Origin: Salisapilia sapeloensis CBS 127946
Lineage: Eukaryota; Protista; Oomycota
Direction: 5' to 3'
Assembly (NCBI GenBank): GCA_023334545.1
Contig: JAADVB010000181.1
Span: 1 to 38,767 of the forward strand
Length of the DNA stretch: 38,767 nt
This document shows positions 1-10,880 of this stretch, piece after piece (the stretch's first letter is position 1; every line of letters begins with the position of its first letter). The notes below the pieces were generated by a model. It saw only the letters and a program-made list of their open reading frames with translations. It had not been told where the DNA came from and did not search any database. Both the position numbers and the translations under genes were made by a program.

Positions 1-543
1 GACGGTGGCAACTGCTCTAAAGCGTACAAAGGCGGACGTGGTCAATATTGCTATGATTGGGTCGACAATCTAGGAACTAGTCGTCCATGCTGCTGTCCAA
101 CGGATGCGGTGTGCAAGCCTTCAACCGATGAATGCCTGTGCCCACACAACGGGAACCATTCGGCGAAATCCACTGATGGTAACGCTTTTTACGATTCCAA
201 AAGTGACGATGGTTTTGGCAGTATCGGCGATGAAAACGGTTTCTTCTACCGTGATTCTGATGACGACGATCGTTCTTTTGGCGTTTCTAAAGACTTAGAG
301 TATGGCTTAGTCGCGCTGGGCATATGTATAGTTATGATATCCTCGGCTATCTGTTTCTCGTGCTGTCGACGTCGGTCGGGCAACAGTAACAACGGACACC
401 CTTACGTTCGCCACGGCGGTCGCACGAGTACTGTTTACGGAGGTACTGGTGTCGTACAGCTTCGTATGATTGGCAACAATGGCAGAGGTGGTGGCGGAGA
501 TAAGCCTGGTGGTGGCGGAGGAAACTGTGATGGCAATCGTTAG
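1..543 (+). CDS. 3' part of a Cys-rich single-pass membrane protein; 5' end lies outside the window
   Basis: Frame 1 is open from base 1 (DGGNCSKAYKGGRGQYCYDWVDNLGTSRPCCCPTDAVCKPSTDECLC) through a hydrophobic segment (YGLVALGICIVMISSAICFSCC) and basic stop-transfer RRR to a Gly-rich tail; TAG at 541-543. Confidence 0.75.
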   Translation, partial: DGGNCSKAYKGGRGQYCYDWVDNLGTSRPCCCPTDAVCKPSTDECLCPHNGNHSAKSTDGNAFYDSKSDDGFGSIGDENGFFYRDSDDDDRSFGVSKDLEYGLVALGICIVMISSAICFSCCRRRSGNSNNGHPYVRHGGRTSTVYGGTGVVQLRMIGNNGRGGGGDKPGGGGGNCDGNR

Positions 544-1046
544 TCTTGTAAAGCGATCGTATGCTATTGAAAACAATTAATGCAGCTAATAAAATGAACC
601 CAAGTAAGGCAGATAATAAGCTGTTGTCGATACTACAACTCCATCCAAGTACACTTTATTTTTTACTGGAAGCCTATTGCACGTTTCGTTTAGAAATCCG
701 ATCTGGGGAAAGCACTAGCCAAATAGGACCGACTACAACATTATTATAAACAACATTTCATTTATAAAGTTCGATATATCCACTAAAATTAACATTCAAG
801 ATTATTTATTACGATGGTAACTTCGCCTTCATGAAAATTTAGATGACTAGCACTGTAGTACGTTCCTTCCATCTTAAACAGCGACACATACAGCCTCCAT
901 GCTGCAACATGTGATAGTAGACTTGGCAATAAGGCTACGATCATCTTCCAAGAAATACATCTCTTTTATTGGCTTAAATCATCTAATTCTAGCGAATGAA
1001 ACACTTCAAATAGAGATCTAAGACAAGGAATTCACGAACAGGAATC

Positions 1047-2757
1047 ATGAGTACCGACAAATACGATCGTCAACTACGTTTATGGGGCGCCGAAGGTCAG
1101 AAGCGACTTGCGAGCAGCCACGTCCTACTTCTGCATGCTAGTGCCGTTGGTGCCGAAACTTTGAAAAACCTGGTGCTTCCTGGTGTTAAGCAATTTACAA
1201 TTGTTGATGATCAATCAGTTTCCTACGCCGACGTCACGAATAACTTTTTCGTTGATGAAGATGATGTTGGCAATTATCGAGCAGAAGTCGTGACAAAGTT
1301 ACTGTTAGAAATGAATTCCGACGTCTCTGGAAATGCACGGGTCGCCGATCCTCGTGCGATAGTCCAGTCAGGTACATCAATGCGATTGTCTTATAGACAC
1401 GATCTATTAGAATCGGCAACTAATAAGCCATTTAATGCATAGAACCGGAGTACTTTGATCAATTTAACCTTATCATTGCTTCCCAAGTGGACGATGAAGC
1501 CACGACGCGTCAACTAGGTCGTCTATGCCTACAAAAAAACATTCCTCTCATCGTACATATCCTACGTCTCCCATTAATCTGATCCATTTCTAATTCTGAA
1601 CGCAATAGATGGTGAATGTCACGGGTTTTCTAGGCTACTACCGGCTTCAAGTCGCGCAACATGCCGTCTTAGACACGAAGCCAGATCCCCCGATCCAAGA
1701 ACTCCGCCTCTCTCGTCCGTTCCCAGCTCTAGAAGAATTTGCCAACTCTTTTAAACTGACAGAGCTCTCGACTATCGATCATGCTCACGTTCCTTTTGTC
1801 GTTTTACTACTCCAAGCAATTAGTAAGTGGAAGTCAAGTCATGACGGCCAACTGCCTTCCACCTTTGATACGAAAGCAGAGTTTCGACAGATGGTGAAAA
1901 GCATGGCATGGGGTCCAGAAGGACACGAAGTCAACTTCACTGAAGCCGTGGACAACGCTTTCAAAGCGTATGCTCCTCCGATCATCCCATCGGAAGTAGA
2001 GGACGTCCTGTCACGGGCGAAAAGCATGACCTTGACAGCTCAAACCGATGCTTTCTGGATCCTAGCAACTGCTGTAGCCACCTTTGTGGACCAAAACGAC
2101 GGTATGCTCCCTGTAACGGGCGTCGTACCGGATATGACAGCATCCACAGACGGATACATCGCGTTGCAGCGTGTGTACAAGATGAAAGCAGAGGAAGATG
2201 CGACCAAGGTGCATATCCTCTTGCTCGATCTATGTCAGCGACTATCGATACCATGTCATATTTCGATGGATGAAACGCGAGACTTTTGTAGTAACTGCTA
2301 TAACCTCGCGATCATTCAGACGCGGTCGATTGAAGAAGAGTTGGATTGTGTCGATCTAAGCGACTTTGACGAAGAAGATGAAGACTCGACGCAATCACCA
2401 CTCATCTGGTACCTCCTCTTACGTGCTGCATCGTCCTTTACAGAGCAATTCCAGCGAGATCCAGGCAGTTCAGAAGAAAGCGCGACACAAGAACAGCTAT
2501 GGCTAGTGGACAAAGCTCAGTCGATCGCGACGAACGGATCAGGTGCCGGTGCTTCGAAGCTGGCGACGTGGGTTACAAGAGCCCATGCGATGGAGGTCGT
2601 ACGCAGTTGTGAAGCTGAGCTACATACCGTCGCGAGTCTCATGGGTGGCGTGGCATCTCAAGAAGCGATTAAAGTAATCACTCGCCAATTCCTTCCGCTT
2701 GATCATACGTACGTCTTCAATGGTGTGAACGGAACAGCAGGTACGTACAAGTTATAA
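1047..2757 (+). CDS. NAE1: NEDD8-activating enzyme E1 regulatory subunit (APPBP1/ULA1/AXR1 family); join(1047..1371,1443..1552,1609..2757), 527 aa
   Basis: N-terminus KYDRQLRLWG...AETLKNLVLPGV is typical of the family. GT-AG introns 1372-1442 and 1553-1608 restore a continuous frame (EPEYFDQFNLIIASQ...IPLI-MVNVTGFLGY). Motifs HAHVPFVVLL and ELHTVASLMGGVASQEAIKVITRQFLP are present. Confidence 0.95.
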
Positions 2758-2834
2758 GGTTGGAGAGTAAAACGAAACAAAGGTTGCTTGTTGCTTTGGT
2801 CGTCGACAAGATGTCGGAATACATAGAAAAGAGA

Positions 2835-4388
2835 TCACGCGCATAATTCTTCCTGGCAACGAGGACAAGTGCACGTAAATTGGTACTCACGTAGACACTC
2901 GTGACGCTCATGCACGTTTTGATCGACATCAATGTACGAGATACATAGCTCATCTCCTTCCTACACATTGCTTTAGTAGGAGATACAGGATACTAGTACA
3001 CGATAGACATACCTTGATCGGTTGCACGGCAAAGACGTGGGCGGATCCGTCCTTGGTGTAAAGGACGGTGCAGTTCGGGTCACAGCTATGGTTCATCGTG
3101 CAGATACCGGAGAAGAGGGCGGTGCCTTCGACACCGACAAAGTCTTCGTCGTCGGCAGATGCGTCCTCTTCATCCGGTTCAACTTCTTCCGCCACGTGGT
3201 GGTGGGAAGCAGAAAAGTCTCGAAGGGCGTTTTTCACTCGCACCAGGACCGGCGGCATGCCTGCACTCTTCTTCTCAGTGTTTGCTGCTTCAGCTAGTGC
3301 CTCTGCAAGCGCGTGGAACGGATGGTCGATCTCCATACTAATGTTGTTCATCTCGAACATGCCGACGATTTGACTGAAGAAGTCGACGTTGAGCACTGGT
3401 GCACATGCCGATAAGACGTCAGCGGTCGTGAGTCCATTCAGCTCTTCATTCTTTTCCAATGTCGATAAACTTTCTTCCAGTCCAGCGCGTAGATGGCCAA
3501 ACGTTTGAGCTAGCAAGTCCTTGAATTTCGCCTGATACTCTTCTAATGTTTCACTATCATCCGCTTCCAAGTCGGCTTCTGATGTAATGACCTCCCACCA
3601 AGGCTGTTTACAGAACATGTCGACAGGTTCCTTTGCTCTTGACAAGTCTTGTGTCTGGATGAAGGAACTGAGGATACGACTGAGGACTTTCGCTGCTAGT
3701 TGAAAGATCTCATTCGTGATCATCGAATGATTGATAAAGTGACCCATGGCACTTGAGTTATCTTCCGATCGAGTGCAGAGGAGAGCATGATGCTCCTTGA
3801 AGGCTTTGTCCAGACACGTTTGGGAGCAGTATTGCGCATGACACTTGTGTGGGCAATCGACGCGTCCCTTTCCGAGCGTAAAGACACTAAAGTAGCTTTC
3901 TTCCGGTGTCTTCCCACCCTCCTTTTGAAGGTAGTCGATCGCGTTGTAAAAGTCCTGCTCGGTCGCGACGGACTCTGAGGTACTAGTCGACTGGACACGC
4001 TGCCAACAGTCACTCGTGTCGATCAAAGGCACAAAGCACTCGTCACAGCAGTCGACAAACTCCTATCATCAATAGAACCCGTTTAATGTAAATTCGAAAG
4101 ACTAGACACATGGCCAACGTCGAAGAAGAGCCATGGGATGGCATGCTACAATGCGACTTGTAGCGACAATTAGTTAATAAATTCGAAACGTACACGATTG
4201 TCTTCGTGCTGCATGGCAACGAATGGAGCTTCTGTCCAGATCGGAGATCCGGCAGCAAAGGTCGATCGAGCAAAGACGCCTTTGCCTTTGTCCTTGCCAG
4301 CATCCTCACAAGCGATTGGTGGTCCATGGAGCTTTCCATCAATCAGTTTTTTAAAGTACGCCTGAACGTTTGCGTCTGAAGCTTGCAT
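2835..4388 (-). CDS. SET-domain lysine methyltransferase with split MYND finger (SMYD5-like); complement(join(2835..2960,3013..4062,4194..4388)), 456 aa
   Basis: Motifs KGKGVFA (SET-N), CCDEC...CPHKCHAQYCSQTC...HHALLC (split MYND), MNHSCDPNC, ELCISYI and post-SET FTCTCPRC. Introns 4193-4063 and 3012-2961 (GT-AG, phase 0) join the exons in frame. First ATG at 4388; TGA at 2837-2835. Confidence 0.9.
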
Positions 4389-4428
4389 TGAGCACAGTAG
4401 AAAGGGATATTCGTGCAGTAGATGGGCC

Positions 4429-4444
4429 AAATTTGGAAATGGAG
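4429..4444 (-). promoter_or_regulatory. Oomycete-type initiator + FPR core promoter candidate of the SET gene
   Basis: Minus strand reads CTCCATTTCCAAATTT, close to the GCTCATTYBNNNWTTY consensus, about 40-55 nt upstream of ATG 4388. Confidence 0.5.
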
Positions 4445-4798
4445 TCTGCAGCCGCGCTTCCAGCTTAACGTTTTATGCATCTATCGCCACTGTCATTACC
4501 AGCCACGTTTACTATTCATACATCTAATAACTTTATTCTGAACTTAGTAGACATGAAGTGTATAGACTCAACATCGATATCTTCAGTGAATGGCAGATGT
4601 ACTTGTAGTGCGGACAAGATTTAAAATGGCTACACCGATCTTGGAATCTCATTGCGCGAATGTTTCGCGAGATGGTGCTGATGGATCGGATGGCGTCAGG
4701 CGTGAGCTTTCGTTGGTCGTGAAGGGTGGATGAGTTCACCGATTCGGAAGAGGCGCTTTCTACTTTTATATGAATTTAGAATCCCTACGCCAGTGCAT

Positions 4799-5616
4799 AT
4801 GAAGATTACAACTCTGAGTACATATCTGCTCATTCGATCTTCAAAGGCTGCCATTGGCGACATTGATCCAGCAGCTTGCTCCAAGTGCTCTGGACTCGAG
4901 TATTGCACGGCACTTAATGGAAAATGGCTATACGATCCGGTTATTGGGTACACAAGGTAAGATCTCTTGACAAACAATGCATTGCAGTCGAATCCATTGG
5001 GTGTGGGACCTACTTTGCGACACCACCGAGCGATGATGTGGAAAGATATGTACTTACTCTCTTTCTTTTTGTTTGGAACAGGCAGACAACGTCGCAGCTT
5101 GAAGGCCAGGGTGCGTGCCAAGATATAGATACAAAGACTTACATCTTGAGCCAGTTCGGGCCCGAGCATCACTTCGTAGACACTCCAGCGTGTCACGAGC
5201 TCGTCTGGAATTTCCATTGTCTCGCATGGACAGATGCAATCTTCCAGCGAGTATCTATGCGTACTTCGACACCTTGCGCTAGTAGCGGTGGGTCGAAGCC
5301 GTTACCACCCTGTCGCTCACTATGCGTCGAAGTGGCAGACAAATGTGTCTACCCGCATCTGTATAGAACCTACTTGGAAGAAGTTTGTGGTAACATACCT
5401 TGTGTCACTGAAGAGGAAGAGCTCAAGTCATCCAATACATCTGATCCAGTCTACCAGAAGCCGTGTGTGCCAGGTGAATGGGAGAAAGAGGTGAACTCGT
5501 CATTTTCGAGGTGTTCCATACGTGCCTACGAGATTCCGAAGTCGATTGCTGCAAATTTGAAGTGCACAAAAGTGTTGATTGCGATTGTATTTACAATCGT
5601 ATTTCTGTTAGTGTAG
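4799..5616 (+). CDS. Small Cys-rich surface protein with Frizzled-CRD-like domain and C-terminal hydrophobic (GPI/TM) tail; join(4799..4956,5082..5616), 230 aa; start uncertain
   Basis: Strong donor AG|GTAAGA at 4957 and pyrimidine-rich acceptor ending 5081 (125 nt) join two ORF-track frames. Pattern DTPACHELVWNFHC...PLPPCRSLCVEVADKC resembles the CRD PCRxLCxxVxxxC motif. C-terminus is VLIAIVFTIVFLLV. Confidence 0.65.
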
Positions 5617-5959
5617 TCAAGCTGAAGTAGTATAGGAGTATTGGACCGTTTGATTATCAATCGACGATACGATAGTTTCGTACAGCATTGTAGAGACCAC
5701 GAGTTGACCACATACTATCCAATTATTGAAATAAATACTGTCTTTACAGATCTACTCGGTGGTATATTTCTTTAAGGTTGTACATGCATGTGCAAGAATT
5801 GTGACGGACGATCGGAAAATGTATATTGTAGTAAAATTAGACTACTTTTTGCGTCGATTAGCTTCAAATGTCATTCGAAGTGCTTTGATCGCCCGGGTCA
5901 AAGGTGAAAATGCTCTACGTAGTGTTCAAATCTTTCGACGCTGGAGACTTGGTACCAAA

Positions 5960-8900
5960 CTAGGACTCGCCCAATGCAAGTTTCTCGATTTGGTTAAATG
6001 TCGCCTTGTCGATTCGCTTGAGACCAGCTCCGTCGACTTGCTGGTTCGATGCTTTTGGTTCTTCCCTAGCTTTTGGCTTTTCGGTAACTTCTGGTATTTC
6101 TCCAGGCTCTGGTTCCGCTTCACTCTCGTCGTCTGGCATCCTCCCGTTTGCATAATAAGCTGCCTTATCATATACAAATTTCCATTTCAAATCATCATCG
6201 CTGTCTTTAGATGGTGACGCGTCTACAACCGAATTGTAGTACACTTTGTAGTCGTACTGTAGCATTGCATCCTCCCAAATACCGGTATCAGATTGATCAT
6301 CCTGCACTGAGCTGGAGCTTTCTTCACTACCTTCTTCAGCAGATAAAGATCCATCCGACTCGCTGCTGTCATCTTGCGACAAATCTTCATCTGACGCACT
6401 CTCAGACTCTTCATGCGAAGAAGATTGGCTTTCTGAGTCAATCTTTGACCCTTTATCGGGATCGTAGTAAGCTTTTTCATCATACTGTAACTTCCAATCT
6501 TCAGACTCAAACGTGTCCACTTCGTCTCTCTCATCTGATGCATCGATGCCAGATCCTGATTGACCGGCTGAGGTAGATGATTCGGATTTTACTTGTGGAT
6601 TGTAATACGTCTTGTTATCATACTGAAGTTGCCAGTCATCAGGCATGTCAATCACTTGGTCAGTACTGTTAGATGACGATGGCCCTTGGGAGGAAGCAGA
6701 ATTAGAAATAGAAGACGATTCACTCGAGTCGCTTTGTGATGCAGAATGGTCGTCTGAAGAATCTGATTGGGATTTTACTTCTGGATTGTAGTACGTCTTG
6801 TTATCGTACTGAAGCTGCCATCCTCTAGGAATATCAATCTCTTGCTCATCACTCTCAGTAGCCGATGCTTTTTCATCAGATTTTGCTTCAGAGCTTGAAG
6901 ATGATTCACTCGAATCCCTTTCTGATGCAGATTGACTATCAGAGCTAGACGCCTCTGTACTTGCATCCAAACTTCGACTCTCAGAGCTAGAATCATCTTC
7001 AAATGAAGACTTGGATTCTATCTCCGGATTGTAGTATGTCTTATTATCGTATTGGAGTTGCCACCCTTTTGGGATCTCAATCTCCACTTCATCACTGTCA
7101 GATGATTCAGACGTCTCTGATAAAGCTGAGGACGGTGCTTCAGTCGATTGAGAATTCGAATCTGAAGCGGAGTCACTCGAATCACTTCCCGATGCCGATT
7201 GACCGTCAGAGTTAGTTGATCCCATACTTCCACTCATGTCCAGACTGTCCAAACTAGATTTACTTTCTGATGCTGACTCGGAGTCTAATTCGGGGTTATA
7301 ATATGCCTCTTCTTCATATTGAAGTCTCCAGTCGCCAGTGACACTAGGCTCTTCCTCTAGACTTTCAGAAGATGATTTGTTTCTATCATCATCATCCGAC
7401 GATGAATCATCATCTGATGAAGAATCGGAATCCGAAGATGAATCGTCATCCGACGAAGAATCGGAATCCGACGAAGAATCGGACGCGGATGAAGAATCAT
7501 CGCTGGACGAGTCCGACCCAGAGCTAGAGTCAGATTCACTGGATGAACCACTGTCCGACATAGATTGACTGTCGGATTCAATCGATCCCATACTGTCGCT
7601 TGCAGAATCTAGTCCCGAGTCTGATGCAGAGCTCAGCTCGGAGCTACCTGCTTCACCACCAAATGAGCCTGAAGACGAACCACTCTCGGATGACATGGAT
7701 TGCGAGCCAGATTTGGAACCCGAATCACCATCCGATGAGTCTGAGAGAGACATAGACATCGAATCAGATCCACTGTCGGAGGCACCCGACAGCGAAGTGG
7801 ACATTGATACAGATCCAGCTTCAGGATCTTGTGAACCTGACGCAGAGGTACTTTCGGACGACGTCGAGTCCGAATCAGACTTCGAATCTGAATCACTGTC
7901 TGAGGAGTCAGACTTGGAATCGGAACTGCTATCCAAGGAGTCTGACATAGAGGTAGACATGGAGCCAGATCCGGCATTCGACTCGAAGCTACCAGCTTCA
8001 GGCTCGTTTGAGTCTGAGGCTGAACCACTATCAGAATCTGTGGAACTCGAGTCAGACTTTGAATCCGAGTCGCTATCGGAAGAGTCGGGTGTAGAGGAAG
8101 ACTTGGAGTCAGATCCACTGTCAGAATCCATAGAGAGTGAGTCAGACCCACTGTCCTCCATCGATCCAGCTTCATCTTCACCACTACCACTGGATCCAGA
8201 GCTACTATCCGAGTCATCGTCTGAGCTGGAGCTGCTGTCCGACTCACTTTCAGATCGGTCGCTGCTTCCAGAATTATCATCTGACGTGGAAGAACCGGAG
8301 TTGGAGCCACTCGAATTTGAAGTGGATTGATCCGAATTGTCATCTGATGTCGTCGACTGTGATCGACTCTTGTCCTTTGAAGTATCTGACGACTTGGAAT
8401 CCGGTTTCGACCTGCTTGTATCTTTATCGTTATTGTCATCATTATTGCCTTCCTTCTGCTTCGCTCTCTCTTTCAACTCCTCCAGAACCTCCTCCATCTT
8501 CTTTTCATTCTCCAGTTGTTCCTCTAGTTCCTGCATTTGTTCCTGTTGCATTTCCATTTCTGCTTTCGGAGTACCCGTGTTTCCGCCGCCACCGCCGCCA
8601 CCGCCGCCACCACCAAATAAGCTTGAGAAGAACCCACCGATTGCATCAGAAATGCCCGAAGCAAGTTTTGAAAACGCATCAATTGCATCCAAGGCGAGTC
8701 CAACTCCTTGAATGAATAACTTGGCTCTACGTATAGGACCGACAAGCTCAAGGAGTGGACCGAGCGTCGATATAACGCCGCTAAGAGAACCGGCCATTGA
8801 GCTGAGTGAAGTTAATGAGCTTAGGCCGGTGCTAATACCGGATATACCTGAAGTAAGACCACCAAGCTTGGTCCCAAGACCACCCATGTTACCAAGGCCA

Positions 8901-10880
8901 CTCAGCACTCCTCCCAAGCCACCTGCGGCTCCACCCGCCCCTCCGGCAAATGCACCTGCCAAACCCCCGGCAGCGCCTCCTAAACCACCACCAGCACCTG
9001 TTAAACCACCGGCGGCGCCAATCGCGCCACCAGCAGCACCAATCGCAGCAGCAGCTCCACCACCACCGGTAATCGCCGCTGTCACGCCACCGATGCCTGC
9101 ACCAATTCCACCAGCGAGGGCTCCGATTGCGCCAAAGCCGGTGCCTACTCCGACAATACCGGCACCGATCAATGCAGCTGCATCTCCGGCGTCACCATCA
9201 TTGTCACCACCTTCACCGACCATGTCAACGGTTGGGAGTACGGCTTCACCCGCTTCTACCCCGCCTTCTCCATCTGCGTCAATTCCAGGTAGATCGATGG
9301 ACGTTTCCGGTGCGTCCGTAGTCGGGCTTGGTGGATCATCATCATCACCGCCGTCTACATCCGGAACTTCGACAGGGGTTTTATCTTCATCTGATTCACT
9401 CGGAAGACCCCCGATGATGCCTGCGATACCACCTCCCGATTCATCAATACCGCTACTTGCGCTACCCTGATTCGATTCCTTCGAGACAGGTTCTACAAAG
9501 CCAGGAATAATAGCTCCCGACCCACCACTATCACTGCCTCCAGTATTTCCACTCGAGTCGTCCGGAAAAATTTCTACACCAGCAGGCAGACCAGCTTCTG
9601 GCTCATCACTACCGTCGCTTCCGCGATTGCCACTTTGACTGTTCACCGGTCGTTGAGGCTGCTTTGAATCCTCCGATGGTGGTGCAGTTGTGGAACTCTC
9701 ATTAGCGTTTTGATTCGAACCACTAGAATCTACGCTGTCTACACTTGGCGATATGAAGCCAGGGACTGTACCACCGGACGGTTGTTCATTTGCTCTTGAA
9801 CTATCTCCAGCGTCCGCAGTCGAACCTGTATCTGGTGACATGGAGCCAGGCACAGTACCGCCCGATGGCTCTTGACCTTCTCCTGGAGAATCTGGAGCTG
9901 ATGGTATGAAGCCAGGAACAGTACCGCCCGATGGTTCGTCTTGATCTCCTGAAGCCCCTCCAGTATCTGGAGTCGCAGTCGGTACGTTCTGGAACACACC
10001 AGTCTGCATAATGTCAGTCGTCGACTGACCTGGTATGTTCTTGAACACACCAGATTCCTTCGTTTCACTCTCAGGCTGAGTCGATTCGCCAGAGCCATCC
10101 GCTTGATTTCCGAGTAGACGTGGAGGCGGAGTCGGTAAGTTTGTGAACTGAGATAAGTGTTCAGTTTGACTCGTAGGCTGCTCTGGTAAGTTTTTAAATT
10201 CCGATACGTGTTTAGTTTGACCTGCAGAAAGACCCGATGTCGTCGGCTGTGAAACTTGTGAGCTTTTGTCGGTAATATCTTGTTCACCCAAGAGATGTCT
10301 GTGCGAGACTTTTAATGTTTTCGCAGCTACTGTAGTTGCGAATCGCGTTTGAATCTCAAAATCACTGCTACGACTACCCTTATTCATCTTACTTGACGAT
10401 AATATTCGCTTTTTCTTCATCAATTGGTTATCGCTATCCACAACTTTCCGGAGAGTTTGCGTCCGGGTATTTCGTCTCAGGTCCGACAGTACCGCATCCG
10501 GATGGTAACTTTGCTGCGAATCGGACGACACGAATGCATGAACACTATAATAGTTTCGTTCCCTGGTAGTATCGCTTACACCTTCACTAGCCGATATTGC
10601 TTTAGCACTTGCATGAGGCGCTATTGCATGCTTTAAGACTCGTACATCTAGGATGAATTAAATAGAAATGATTACCGTTCCAGACGCCCTGCTGGTCCTT
10701 CGTATCGTGTACTGATACCTCATTATATCTAGCACTATCTCCTGACCATTGATCTGTTGCTGCTGCGTCCATATTGCGATTTGTACTCTTATGCAGATCT
10801 GAAAAACTCTTCGCATCAATTACGATCTGTACCGATTGTAAGAAGCTGAGTACGAGCAACTTTTGCAATATTTTATTCAT
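5960..10880 (-). CDS. Very large (~1590-1630 aa) predicted secreted low-complexity protein: signal peptide, short repeats, Gly/Ala-rich hydrophobic core, coiled coil, Ser/Asp-rich stalk, seven Trp/Tyr motif repeats
   Basis: The 1523-codon ORF stays open upstream of the GTG at 10531 to about 10650. An upstream exon from ATG 10880 encodes MNKILQKLLVLSFLQSVQIVIDA (signal-peptide-like). Three frame-restoring GT-AG introns are possible (10675-10621, 10786-10648, 10675-10648); I cannot choose among them. Confidence 0.75.
6140..7335 (-). repeat. Seven dispersed coding repeats, consensus (P)x(G/D)W(Q/R/K)LQYD(N/E)K(T/A)YYNP, separated by Ser/Asp/Glu spacers
   Basis: Copies: GDWRLQYEEEAYYNP, PKGWQLQYDNKTYYNP, PRGWQLQYDNKTYYNP, PDDWQLQYDNKTYYNP, EDWKLQYDEKAYYDP, EDAMLQYDYKVYYNS, LKWKFVYDKAAYYAN. 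Confidence 0.9.
7380..7530 (-). repeat. Tandem SSSD(D/S)D coding minisatellite inside the Ser/Asp stalk
   Basis: Encodes SSSDSSSGSDSSSDDSSSASDSSSDSDSSSDDDSSSDSDSSSDDDSSSDDDD; plus strand shows repeated GA(A/T)GAATC(G/A)...TCCGACGA units. Confidence 0.8.
8583..8615. repeat. (CCGCCGCCA)x3 CCACCA microsatellite encoding 11 glycines on the minus strand
   Basis: Read directly from the sequence; translates to LF-G11-NTG. Confidence 0.9.

Noticed and set aside
4696-5217. 173-aa minus-strand ORF
   Set aside because: It overlaps the better-supported spliced CRD gene on the opposite strand and shows no recognisable motif.
7338-9470. Long plus-strand ORFs antisense to the giant protein (e.g. 7695-8330, 8337-8711, 8712-9470)
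   Set aside because: They are mirror translations of Ser/Asp- and Gly/Ala-rich codons, which rarely create stops on the opposite strand. No independent motifs.
10400-10531. RxLR-effector-like reading of the giant protein (DLRR, QTLRK)
   Set aside because: No true RxLR followed by dEER near the signal peptide, and the architecture is unlike RxLR effectors.
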